From positions 37,222 to 101,221 of the forward strand of contig JAAOMT010000705.1 in the NCBI GenBank assembly GCA_016748015.1: a DNA stretch of 64,000 nt, written 5' to 3'. Below the pieces are notes generated by a model. The model did no database searches and had not been told where the DNA came from. It was given only the letters and a program-made list of their open reading frames with translations. A program made the translations under genes and the position numbers. The DNA comes from Geosiphon pyriformis uo1 (Eukaryota; Fungi; Glomeromycota). Below are positions 49,421 to 61,071 of the stretch, in pieces (position 1 is the stretch's first letter; each line of letters opens with the position of its first letter).

Positions 49421-51805
49421 ATAATTAAGTAATTAAACAAGATTTAAAAAGTAAAAATTTTATCTGTAATAATATTATTAAAATTTTTATAATAAGTGTT
49501 TTTTTTCTGGTTTAAGTAAAAATATTATGATATATATAAGTGTATAATATAGTTTTATTTGGTTTAAATAGTTAATTACATATAGTAAATATGTAATTAT
49601 ATTTAATTGAAAATATTTAATCTGTTTTTGTATACTAAATAATAATTAAGCTGTATTTATAATTTAATAAAAAATATATAAAAGTAGTGTTTTTTATAAA
49701 ATAATTAAAATTTGCTCTTTTTATTATTATATAAATAAATATTTATATTTGTTATGATAAATAAAAAAAATATTTTATATATAAATTTAATTATAATAAA
49801 GTTATTTTTTTTTATTTGATTTATTTTTCTGTTAAATTTTAATTTAATAAAAATTTTAAGATTTTTAAAAATTGAATTTTATATTTTTTATTTAATATAT
49901 TTTTTAATTAAACTTATTTTAAAATACTTAAAAAAATATAATATTAATTAACTTTTGTATTTAGTATTTTTTAAATAAATATTTTTAAATTTAAATAACA
50001 ACATATTAATTAAAACTTTTTTTAAAACAGAAAAAACTATTAAATAGTAATTTATTTAAATTACTTAAACATAATTTTTAAAAACTTGATTTTTAATATT
50101 ATAACTAATAGTTTTAATAACCAAAATATGGTATTAAATTTTTAATATATTCAGATTGTTTTTAAACCAAAAAATATACAAAACTTTTTTAAATAATTAA
50201 AAATAAATTATGTTCAACTAATATAGCAACAAATACAAATTTCAGATTATTAGTAACTATTATTTTTAAAATTTACTGTTATATAGTTTTTAAAGAAAAC
50301 TAATATTAATACTATTCAATAAATAACTAATAAAAATTTGTCAATATTTAAACCTCTAATTTTAATTTCTAAATAATAAATAGAACTGAAAAAAATCAAA
50401 ATTTAGATAAAGTTATTATTATTAATGTTAAAACAATTTAAAAACTAATTAAATAGATAAATGCCAAGAAAAATTAGACCAAAAAACAAAATATTTTTTT
50501 TTTATAAAAAAATTATGAACTGATTTATTATATGCTTTGTGGTTTTTGGCTTTTAAAGATAATTTTACAATAAATATAGCCATTAAACCTGTGTAAAAAA
50601 TTAAAGTAACCAAAAAATGCACTTAAAAAATGCTGATTATTAGACTTATTGGCTTAAATAATATGAAAAAACTAGGAATCTTAAAAATCTACATTTTGAT
50701 TAACTTTAGCAGTTATCGTATAACTAAAAACAGCAAAATTATAGTTTATATTTATGATATTACTATAAAATAACTGGATATTATTTAAAAGTTTATACTC
50801 TTTTATTTTTAACGGTCTCTTAAAATAATGGCAACCAAAAAAATAATAATTATGACAATAATGCTTTCAATAACAGAGCCAATTAAGCTTATATTAATTT
50901 CTTTGGAGAGAATTTCTTAGTTAAAGCAACCACCTATCAGTCTGTAAACTGGTAAGCACACTTTTAAAAAGTGAAAATACAAACCAATTAGAAGAAAACC
51001 TCTCGTATAGATTCAACTTACTTAATAATAGTTAAGAAATAGACAAACTAACAATTAATTTCTTCATACCTAAAAGAGCAAAAAAGAAAACCAAGTAAAT
51101 TTCATTTTGAATTCCAATAAAGCTTTCTCCTTTACTATTAAAATAAATGACTTGAAACTTCATTTATTGTCAGCTAGCATATTAGAAATACAAAAAATTC
51201 TTTTTAACGAATAATTACTAGTTTTATTTTAGGTTCATATCTCAGAAAAAAGAGAGGAAAAATATTAAATCAACCCAAGATATTTTGCCCTAAACATAAC
51301 AAATCTTAAAGTTGATTGATAACAAATACATTTTTATAATCTTAAAAAAAGGAAATATGGAATCATTTATGCAATAAAAAATTTCAAGAAAACCTCAAAA
51401 TAACAAGCACGCGAGTGAGTGAAGGAGGAAAATGAAAAATATTAACTTTCAATTTCAATGTAAATTGATTGAAATAAAAGTTGTTATATCAATGAAAATA
51501 ATTATCTACTACCGCAAGTCCAAAAAAAGTCCAAAGAAAAAATAAAAACTAAATCTTTCCCAAAATAGTTAAATATTTCATCAGATGGGGCTGTGAATTT
51601 CTCAAATTCTTTTTTTATAAGTATTTAAAGGAAAGAATTTTACATTAAAATTTATTTAAACCTAATTATTTTTATCACTAAGAAAACATAATCTATGCTA
51701 AGAAAACCCCTATAAAAAAATTTAATTAATAAAAATTTAGTAGCTACTTAAAAAGAGTTTTTATTAAAATACTGAATGTTATTATTTATTATTTTAAACT
51801 TGAAA

Positions 51806-52672
51806 TTAAGCTAAATCAAATAGCACAAATTCAGCATTCTTTTCCCCACTACTCTCAATTGAGACCTGTTCTCCAGATTTTACATCAGTGATAAATACCC
51901 CATCACCCTCATTTAACGTCTCGTTTCCATTAATTTTTACTTGTCCATCGGTATTAGTTAGATGAAGATATAACCTTCTCATTTTATCGTTTTCTCCTTG
52001 AACGGTATGCTTAACATTTTTACCAGGTTCTAAGATACTAGCAAACATATGAAAATCAGAATGGATTCCAATAGTGGAATCATTTTCTTTTTTTACTAAA
52101 GCACCGGTAACGATAGGCGAAATCAAATGAACAAGAGAATTCTTTTTTTGAATATCAGAAAATCGTTTTGTATGATATTCTGGTTTGAGCTTAGAAATGT
52201 CTGGTTTTACCCAAATTTGAAGAAAATGAACTGGAAGTGTTTTATGTATGTTGTATTCCGAGTGAGAGATTCCTGTGCCGGCAGATGTGAATTGAACATC
52301 GCCACGTTTTAAAATTTCTATATTTCCCATTGCTATAAATTATTTAGAAAAAAAGAAAGTATTAGAATATTGATAACCTGGGTTTTTTATGCTTATCAGT
52401 TTCCAATGAAAGATTTCGATAAAAAACTTACAATCACGATGCTCCAACTCTCCCGAAATGATGTAGGAAAAAATCTCAAATTCACGATGTGAATGTGTCC
52501 CGAATCCTTTGGTCGGTGCCACAATATCTTCATTGATTACTTTCAATGACCCGAAACCTTGGAAATTGGGATGATAATAGTTGGCGAACGAAAATGTATG
52601 ATGAGTATCTAACCATCCATGATTTGCATAGCCACGGTCCTCGGAACGACGAAGAACAAGTTTTGCAGGCAT
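51806..52672 (-). CDS. Pirin family bicupin (YhhW/quercetinase-like), 2 exons (52672-52432, 52332-51806), 255 aa
   Basis: RGYANHGWLDTHHTFSFANYY, GFGTHSHREFEI, SAGTGISHSEYN, FLQIW. Splicing a 99-nt GTAAGT...TAG intron (52431-52333) restores HRDSMGN. Confidence 0.95.
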
Positions 52673-54541
52673 TTCAAGTTTTTATGGTGAGAAGATAGAT
52701 GTTGAAATTTAGCTATAGAAAAAGGATGAGATTTTAAACGGAACAAGATTTTGGATTATTTTTCTTTATTAGAGTGCTTAATAGATTGAACGAGTTTTAA
52801 AAGGCTTTCGTTTATTGTAAGGACAAAATTCAAAGTTTGTATTCAGACTGAGTTATTTATACTTAACTTATCGGTAATCTTTGAGGATAATTCATCAGCG
52901 GAACATTCTATGGAAATCCATAATTCCCCGGCTATTAACATTTGTCATCCTGAAAACGTGATTTGTAATTTTGGTTCTTAAGCCAGGATTAGTAATTAAC
53001 CAGTCAAAATTTCAAAGCATCTTTGGAATTAGAACCCCACGAAATTGTATTATTTGTTGGTCCATTGTATTTTCTTGATTATTTTTTCATTTTAAAATAT
53101 TCTTTTAAAAAAAATGTTTTAAATCCATATGCTTTGAAATAACCAATGTATAATATTTATTACATTTTTGATATGTCAAAATTTAATTAAACTACGAATC
53201 AATAATTATCATTTTGGTGTAATTTTAATAAAATATAAATTTTGTCTCTAATTACCGGTATTCAGATATATTCTTACAGGGAAATTTACTTTTCTAAAAG
53301 CTTGATTCAATATCATGAAAGAAACTCTTTAGATCTTTTTGCAACAAATATTTAATGCTAGTATGTTGAAAAGACTAACTTCCGATTACTTAACACAAAT
53401 GAAAAATAAATACAATATTACAAATTACAAAACAATATCAATAATTTAAAAACGTATTTGAATTTATTACTGTTACGAGAAATAAAACATAAAACTTTTA
53501 TATAGACTAACATTTTACTAATATAATCATAAATTTCAAAAATGATGTTATGCTTTCTAGATGTGATTTTAACTAACATTAATACCTATTGTTTATGACA
53601 AGTTGAATTGTAATCAGCCATCTATTAATTATTTTTTGATAATATTAGGTAATTTCATAACTTGAATTTTTATGCAATCTGTAAAACAACGTTCATGGTG
53701 CTTTGGAAATTAACCAATTTTTTGATTAATAAATATAATTAAAAAAAAAGCTGGTAAATAAAAAGACAATTTTCAATCAAATATGAGAAAAATGTGTTAC
53801 CAAACTTAGTAACAAAGACAATGAAAATTTCTATCCAATATTATATAATGATTAATATATGTTGAATGTTAATATCAATAATTTGATTTTGATTATATTT
53901 AGATATTTATTAGTTTTAAACCTCTTTAAGCAAGTTACAGCTCTTATGTTCAAATGTTTCATTAAACGCCAGACATTTCTGTAAAAGTGAGAGGGTTAAT
54001 ACAAAAACATCAATTATAATCTTTATACATGGACTAAAGTATAACAGAAGATCATTTGTTAAAAAATGAGTTGGAAATTACCTCGGGAAATTAATGTTTA
54101 AATTTAGATGCAGCAAAACATGAGATTTCAGAATTATAAAAAATATGAATACGTTTCAGGCCCCGGGATATGGTGAAGCAAAAAAAAGAGGGGTGATTAA
54201 AGGCTGGAGCCATTTTCTCATATTCCCCTATTTATATTGAGAATTCAGGAAAATTTTCCCGGCGTTTACGAACAGCTTTATTTGATTTGCTCACATGAGG
54301 TTTTATTATTTAGGAGGCCCATTATAAACGAAGTTTGAAACTTAATTTGAACATTTTATTTTAAGAACCCTGATTACAAATCTGCTGTAACTTTGCAAAT
54401 AAAACAAAATTTTCCGATATAGTCCATAGTCCAATATGATATTCCTGAGAGCCAACAAGAAAATGAAATAGCTATATTTTTTGAGAATTCATAATGATCC
54501 AGAAGACAAATAATATGCGAGTTTCCCTTTGAGGAACAAAA

Positions 54542-56397
54542 TTACTCGCAATCAATCATTGAAAGTTCTCCCTTTTTTCGTTTTTGTTCCTCAACCCACT
54601 GGCGGATGGCACAAATAGCAAAATCCTGCACTGGCGGCTTTTCACCTTTATAATACCTTTTGATCTGCGTCCACCCCAGTTTTGAAGTCGAATTACCGAA
54701 AAGTTCTCTGGTTATTTCTTTGAAATTATCAGTGCTTGGTTTCTTCATGTAACGCAAGTTGATATAATAAATAAATGCATCATTCAAACAACATCGTTGT
54801 TCAGGTGTCCATATCTCTTCCGTTCCTGGATTAAGTCGGCTTGGGATTCGAATGGTGCGAGTTCGAATGCTTGGTTTGCTAGGGTCAGGTCGAGGGGTTA
54901 CTGGTGGGTATTGTGGAATAGAGGTACGTAAACGTTTAAATGATTCTTCTGAAGAGGAAGGATCAAAAGAAGCCCCCCGCTTGATTGATGTCACTAAATT
55001 TTCTGTTTCATTTGATACATAAGCAACACCCTCTTGATCGCCGTCAATCATTTGCTGAGTTTCCTGTTCCTTTTTTAAAATGAACTGAAAAGGTTCCGGG
55101 TATCTTTGTTTTATATATTCTGATTTGAACTCATTAGTTGTGATAGGCAATAAAGGCATTCCAGAGGGGCTAACTGTTTCAATGCTTTTTTGCTTCAGAT
55201 TAGATGCGTTTACAACAACGTGATAAGCTTTTGGATATGATGTGGGACATATAAACTTCATTTCCTTGTTGTAGTCTGTCGAAAAATTACGAAACGACGA
55301 AATTCCATTGGAGCTAATTATTGCTATATTTTCTTTTTTAGGTTGTGATTTGTGTTGAATATCAAAATTTAAAGTTGTTTGGTTCTCATCAGACTCTCCT
55401 TTCATTTGGATATCTGGCTTAATTTCTTCTTGCTTGTCCTCATATGGAAGCCCTATTATGCCGTTTAAATTTGTATTCTCTTGCTTTACTTGAAATAATG
55501 GTTGAGGGGAAATATGTGGAATCAAAAAATTAATGTCCACGTTATTAACCTTAGTTACTTCTTCACGATACACAAATGATGATGGAAGGCTAATGCCTTC
55601 CAAGACTGTTTGATTTGAATCAAATTTTTGTTCAAATTGATGATGTCCTTTGTTCGCATTTATTTCGTTTCTTCGAGTCTCAAGTTTCATTTCAGTTTGA
55701 GACAACCTTGATGGTTGAAGCTTGATAGAAGGGTCATCTTGTTGGAAACTTTCATCACATTCTAACCATATAGCTGCTTTGTTATTCACTTGATTTTCCA
55801 TTTCTTCCTCTTTCAGATCAGACTGGGTTTTAGGAATAAATTCAGGTTCCGTGACATTTTGGCCCGACCCGTTTTGTAATTCAAAATAGTTCTTCATGTC
55901 ATCTTTTCGAATCTCTTCTTTGGTCATCTCGGGTAAAGTATTTTCTTTCTGCAAATTTCTTTGTTCCGTCTCTCGTTTTTCTTCTGGCGCCACGTTAAAA
56001 ACCTTTACTTCTTGATGGGCTGTTTCGGCAACAAAATCTTGGCTAATAAAAAACAATATACGTAAACTTTAACAAGCTCTAAAGATGAAACTAGAAATCA
56101 ATTTAGGAAATATTTGCCCTTTCTCTAATTCTTTCAAGTCTTGTATTGAACTACAAGCCCGATCAAGTAATTCAGCATATCGTTGGGATGCCTTAAGACC
56201 TTCACTATTGGCCTTTTCCATCTTTAAATTGATTTTAATAAAACTCATGAGCGTAAGTTTAATTGAAAGGAAATATGAATTTTCACATCCTTTTAACTCA
56301 CTGCGCTAATTTCGTCCTTTAATTTAGCAATCAAAAGAGCCTTTTGACATTCACATGGGGATTTTTTAATGGGTTGTTTACTTTCGGTTGTCTCCAT
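54542..56397 (-). CDS. Hypothetical ~566-aa protein: N-terminal coiled coil, long low-complexity region, C-terminal HTH/Myb-homeodomain-like domain; exons 56397-56302, 56221-56118, 56042-54542
   Basis: 504-aa open exon; upstream in-frame exons METTESKQ...DEISA|GTGAGT and MEKANSEG...EKG; second intron predicted GC-AG; C-terminal WTPEQRCCLNDAF...GWTQIKRYY. Confidence 0.75.
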
Positions 56398-56940
56398 ACT
56401 TGAATAGCAAAGAAAATGAAATTCAAATTTTTTTTAGGTTCATCCCCCCCCCTCCCTGAATTTGTTGTGAAAAAGATTGCCCTGTCAACTTGTGGCAGGG
56501 CTATTAGATTCTTTTTGAAAAAGAAACCAAAATTTGCACAAGTTTATGCTAATATATTCATACACGTGCCTGGCACTGCATACCTTAAAATGTTTTCTTT
56601 AATGGAAAAGACCTAGTTTAGAAGTTTTGATGAATAAACTTAGCTCTAATAGAGAGTACTAGACAACAAGTATTAAGTGTAGAATATGAAGAGTAGGTCT
56701 AGGTCATGAACCAGTCTTTTAAGTTGACCTTGATTTTAATGTGTCTAAAATCATCAATGTATCAGTGCTCGATATAAGAGGTTTTGTTGCATGATTCAAA
56801 GCCGATTTAGTTATAAAAATTGGATATTTCATCAGTAAAATAAGAGCCTTTAATACTGATCTAATTTTAAATTGCTCTATCACGCGACCGTTACTTGATT
56901 CCGGTAAAGGCCAAGAGAGTCTGACTTGTCGATGTGTAAT

Positions 56941-56968
56941 TTCTATTTTCTATTTTCTATTTTCTATT
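56941..56968. repeat. (TTTCTA)n microsatellite
   Basis: ttctattttctattttctattttctatt. Confidence 0.8.
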
Positions 56969-58024
56969 TACATCAGAGAGGTTGTTGAATGAATGAGCGA
57001 CCAGCTTTTACTTCGTGGTTATTAATGTAAGAGGGTACTTTAGGAAGGCTGGGAAAGGAAGTTAATGTTTTATGCTCGGAGCAAGTAACTCCTGACAAAA
57101 TTAATAGGTATGATGGTCAAGAGAAAAACAAAATCTTTTGATTATTTAATTGAATAAAGCAAACCCAATAGTGTTCAGAGTAGTAGAATTTAAAGTTGAT
57201 GACATTTTTGAATTAGCTTTCATAATTCACATATTTGTACCGTTTAACACTCATTAATCGACAAAAGTTCTCTGTTGACTTTTGCTTTCTTGAAAATTAT
57301 AACTTCGAAATTTTATTCTCGTTTAATTTCACACCATACTAAAGATAGGAGTTCAAAATGGTTTATCTCAATTTTCCTGAGCATTCTGGAATTAGCGGAT
57401 AGATTAAATTGATCAACTGTAGCTAGAACTAGTTAATTATAATCAATTGGCATAGTTATTTTTACATAACTAGAGTTCTATCAAGCAAATGCTTATAAAA
57501 CATTCATCAAGCTTCATTTACATCCTGATTAATATGAAGTTCACATCTATCACATTTAAACACTTTACTTCCATCCAAATTTCTCTTATCACAATTTTGC
57601 CATATCTTTCTACTTTCAATTGGAGATGTTTACAGAATCTTGGATGTGCTCAAATTACATTTTATAAATTTTTTTGTTTAATCTTCTTTCTTTCACATTT
57701 GTATATTATGGAAAATTAACAATCCAATAATATTAAATGTTTATTAATCAAAAATAGTTTTTATATATATTAATTAATCAAATATGTTTTCTTAAATAGC
57801 TGTTATATTATAAGCCAATTTATTACATTCTATCTATTGTTAAACCAAAAAAAAATTGTCTTTATTTGCTTTTATTTTTCACCTTAATTTTTTATTCTTG
57901 TTTATATCTGAATTTAATACAACAATTGCAATTCTTTTTTGTAATTAACAGATAAAAATCACATTACCAAATTATTTTTTTAAAAGTACCACAATCTTTA
58001 TTTGGAAATAAATTCAAAACAAAC

Positions 58025-58195
58025 TAACACAGTTTTTCTCTAGTGTCGTCACTTGTTACATGCTACTGTTGTTCTGGTTTTCGTGTTACGCTTTCTGCTT
58101 GTTCTGGGACTCTCTTCTGTATCTAGCTGCTCGTCATCCTTGAAAACAATGTTAATTATTAGAATATCCTGGGAAAGTTTGTGCTCGTCGGAGGT
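58025..58195 (-). pseudogene. Possible Zn(II)2Cys6 transcription factor relic
   Basis: Minus frame ...DDEQLDTEESPRTSRKRNTKTRTTVACNK*RH*RK-(1-nt shift)-C followed by GTTAGT: basic tract plus AC-x2-C-x6-C spacing. Confidence 0.4.
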
Positions 58196-58420
58196 CTAAT
58201 CGTCGAAGAGAACGGCAGAAACGATCGCGATGGGTAATCACATATTCTGAGCCGATATGGCTGAGAAGTTCGTAGGTCGGAATCGAGAAAGGAGGGTCCA
58301 CTTTTGTCACCAGAGATCCTGGCGCTAGAAACACGGGCGTATAGGTGATCTTATTAGTTTGATATGCATTATGGGATAGTCACGGATAAAAGATACCCAG
58401 AATGCCGAGATTTTTACCCG

Positions 58421-58491
58421 AGAACGTTCGGGAACATTCTCATTATCATAGCAAAATATTTGTATTATTCGAGAGAGTTCCTGAATATTCA
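58421..58491 (+). promoter_or_regulatory. Two heat-shock elements upstream of the BAG gene
   Basis: aGAAc-gTTCg-gGAAc-aTTCt (58421-58440, perfect 4 units); aTTCg-aGAGa-gTTCc-tGAAt-aTTCa (58467-58491); TATAAAA at 58552. Confidence 0.8.
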
Positions 58492-58681
58492 TGTCGACAG
58501 GCATCAATGTAAGCAAGTAACTAAGCAATTACGACAGGCTATGCCAACATGTATAAAATGATCCTGTCGGATTGATCAATTTACAAAATAAAATCCAAAA
58601 CTTCAAAGTCACTAAGCTTTTAAAACAAAGTTCATTTTTTTAAATCTGCTAAACATACTACAACCATAAAAACTTCACATT

Positions 58682-59992
58682 ATGTTCGCATATTTCCCAC
58701 CCGATTCCGAATACATTTTCTTTACTCCCTCGAATTCACGTTATTCTCAACCAACAAGAGGCTGTCATTACGCCCAGGCAAATCGCTGTTTCCCAAATCC
58801 TCGTTATCATGAAGGGTATTACTCGCGAAATAGAGCTCATGATGTAATCTCTGAACTTCAAAACTTGGAACGACGACGAGCTATCGAATCAGCCCAACAA
58901 GAACGTCGACGTCGTATTCAAGCTGAGCAAGAAAATTTTCTTCAGCAGCAGGCCTTTCGTCAATGGGTATTGGATCAAGAACGTGAACGTGATGCAACTA
59001 ATTTTTGCGGAGGAAAGTTACGTCAGAATGCTTCCCAATCAAAAAGCGGCGAAGGTAGTAATTTTAGCAAAACCCGAAAAATTCCGATCCAGAGTGGTAA
59101 AAGCAACATCTCTCGTCAAGAAGCAGCTGAACGGATTGTAGGATTTCTTCGTCACCGAAATGCAAATCAAAAAACACGTCGTACTTTACATAAGCTTCAT
59201 CAACTTGGTTTAATCGAGCGGCATTTGAATGCGTTACAAAAACAGTTTAATTCAGAAGTTGTGCTGACTTTTCACACTGAACACGAAAAACAAATATTTC
59301 CTTCTACACCAGATAATCGCACTTTTCTCACTCAAGAAGAATCCGTATTGAAGATCTTTGACGAGTTGGATCGTATTGATAGCAATAACGTTGAAGTCAT
59401 ACGAGAACGACGAAAACAAATTGTGAGAACTGCTCAGAAAATGTTGAGTGATTTAGATTTAATTAAAGATTCGCAATGGAAGAAACTCAATGTTCAAGAT
59501 GAGCAAGAAGATCAAATATCTGAAGCTATGCAGGCTCAATTAAAAATCGATTCTGAAGCTATAAAGACGACCACTCTGACCACGGCGACATCAGAAAAAC
59601 TTGAGGAGGCAATTATTCAACCGTATACTATTCTCAATTCGATCGAACCAGATGTCGAGATAGCTGAGCAAGAAATGACACTAGATACTCAAATGGAGGC
59701 CGAAACTTCATTATCAGTCAATGAAGAAAATATCGAAATGGCGGAAGAAAGCACTAAAATTGAAAATTTATTCTCGACCAACAATGAAAATACTGAACTA
59801 TCAGAACAAAGCGCACAAAGCGCAATTAGCGAGAAATCACTAGAACCACAATCTCCAGATACTATGATTGAAGATCAAGACGAAGAACCTATCCAAGATA
59901 GCGAAAAAAATACAGAGTATGTGATCAAACAAGATAATAAAATAATAAACAATTTAGAAAGCGAAGACGATTTTATTATTGTTGATAAATAG
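58682..59992 (+). CDS. BAG-domain Hsp70 co-chaperone with IQ-like motif and acidic tail, 436 aa
   Basis: AAERIVGFLRHR (IQ-like); FLTQEESVLKIFDELDRIDSNNVEVIRERRKQIVRTAQKMLSDLD (BAG); C-terminal EDDFIIV. Confidence 0.85.
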   Translation: MFAYFPPDSEYIFFTPSNSRYSQPTRGCHYAQANRCFPNPRYHEGYYSRNRAHDVISELQNLERRRAIESAQQERRRRIQAEQENFLQQQAFRQWVLDQERERDATNFCGGKLRQNASQSKSGEGSNFSKTRKIPIQSGKSNISRQEAAERIVGFLRHRNANQKTRRTLHKLHQLGLIERHLNALQKQFNSEVVLTFHTEHEKQIFPSTPDNRTFLTQEESVLKIFDELDRIDSNNVEVIRERRKQIVRTAQKMLSDLDLIKDSQWKKLNVQDEQEDQISEAMQAQLKIDSEAIKTTTLTTATSEKLEEAIIQPYTILNSIEPDVEIAEQEMTLDTQMEAETSLSVNEENIEMAEESTKIENLFSTNNENTELSEQSAQSAISEKSLEPQSPDTMIEDQDEEPIQDSEKNTEYVIKQDNKIINNLESEDDFIIVDK

Positions 59993-60516
59993 TTAGACGA
60001 AATTTTTGATTAATCAAGGGAATAAAGATTCGAATTAAAAGACATTTTTGTATAAATCGTTAATAAAAAAATACCTTGACTGACAATAACTTAAAAATTA
60101 TCATTCTAATATCTCTGTTTTGATCTAATTACCCGCCAAAAAAATGCAGCATATAGCACATAATCATATGTATAATATCAATAGTTTGGCAAACGAAACC
60201 TCAATAAATATATAAATAAATAAATAAATTTCTAAAAGCTTTACCCGTAACGAGAGCCTTTGATTCACATTCCTAATAAGGGGAATAATATGAAATGTAA
60301 AATCCAAATTTCATAATACGGAGTAAAAGATGTAACATTCACTAACAGGTAGGTACAACAGGCGGTAACTCCAAATGTTATCATTAATTGCTGTCGTACA
60401 CTCTCAATGCATTTTTGAATAAAATTGGGGGATTTTTGTATAAATTGAATGAATAATCCTCTTTGCCGTTTTTTTTTCACTCACACACACTTGAACAAAA
60501 AAATTATAATTTTAAA

Positions 60517-61071
60517 ATGAAACAAAAGCGAAATTTTTTTTGTTTATTCATTATAATTATCACACTTCTTGCGTTGTCATCTTTCACGTTAGCAACACCA
60601 GATAAACAAACAACTGATAAGGGTTGCCCACACGCCAAAAAATGTCCGTACATTGCAAAAATCCAAGCTGGTGAAACACCTGATCCGGTAGATTGGTCCA
60701 CCACCAAATGTCCTATGGCAAATGGGAAATGCCCTTACTTTGAAGAATTAAAAAAACGAGCAGAAGCAAATGATGGGAAATTAGAGTTGGCAGGTGTAGA
60801 TGGTGTTACTGCTGGTAGTGGATGTCCTTATATTGAAAAGTGTCCACATTTCCAGAGTAGTAAGGATGGGAAAGAAGGAAAGTTCAGTGAGGATTATTTG
60901 AAGGAGTATCAAAAAGCTCATGGTGGGGATGTTTCCAAATGTCCTTATTTAAATAAATCTGACAAGGAAGATAGTGACGAAATTAAGTGTCCTCATTTAC
61001 AAAAATTGAAAAAGGAACGGGATGCAAAGGAAGAGAATGTGAAATCGGAGGAAAAAAAGGAGGAATTGTAA
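60517..61071 (+). CDS. Secretory-pathway protein, 184 aa, with eight [K/G]CP[H/Y/M] motifs and C-terminal KEEL
   Basis: ATG in aaaATG context at 60517; signal peptide MKQKRNFFCLFIIIITLLALSSFTLA; ER-retrieval-like KEEL. Confidence 0.85.
   Translation: MKQKRNFFCLFIIIITLLALSSFTLATPDKQTTDKGCPHAKKCPYIAKIQAGETPDPVDWSTTKCPMANGKCPYFEELKKRAEANDGKLELAGVDGVTAGSGCPYIEKCPHFQSSKDGKEGKFSEDYLKEYQKAHGGDVSKCPYLNKSDKEDSDEIKCPHLQKLKKERDAKEENVKSEEKKEEL

Noticed and set aside
47870-51000. Possible transposase or gene relics (also 1500-2200)
   Set aside because: Looks like eroded coding DNA, but no motif could be read with confidence
51806-52672. Bacterial contamination or recent HGT of pirin
   Set aside because: Has a canonical intron and host-like composition
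58152-58561. Short ORFs 58152, 58325 and 58364 as genes
   Set aside because: Overlap promoter elements and show no recognisable protein features
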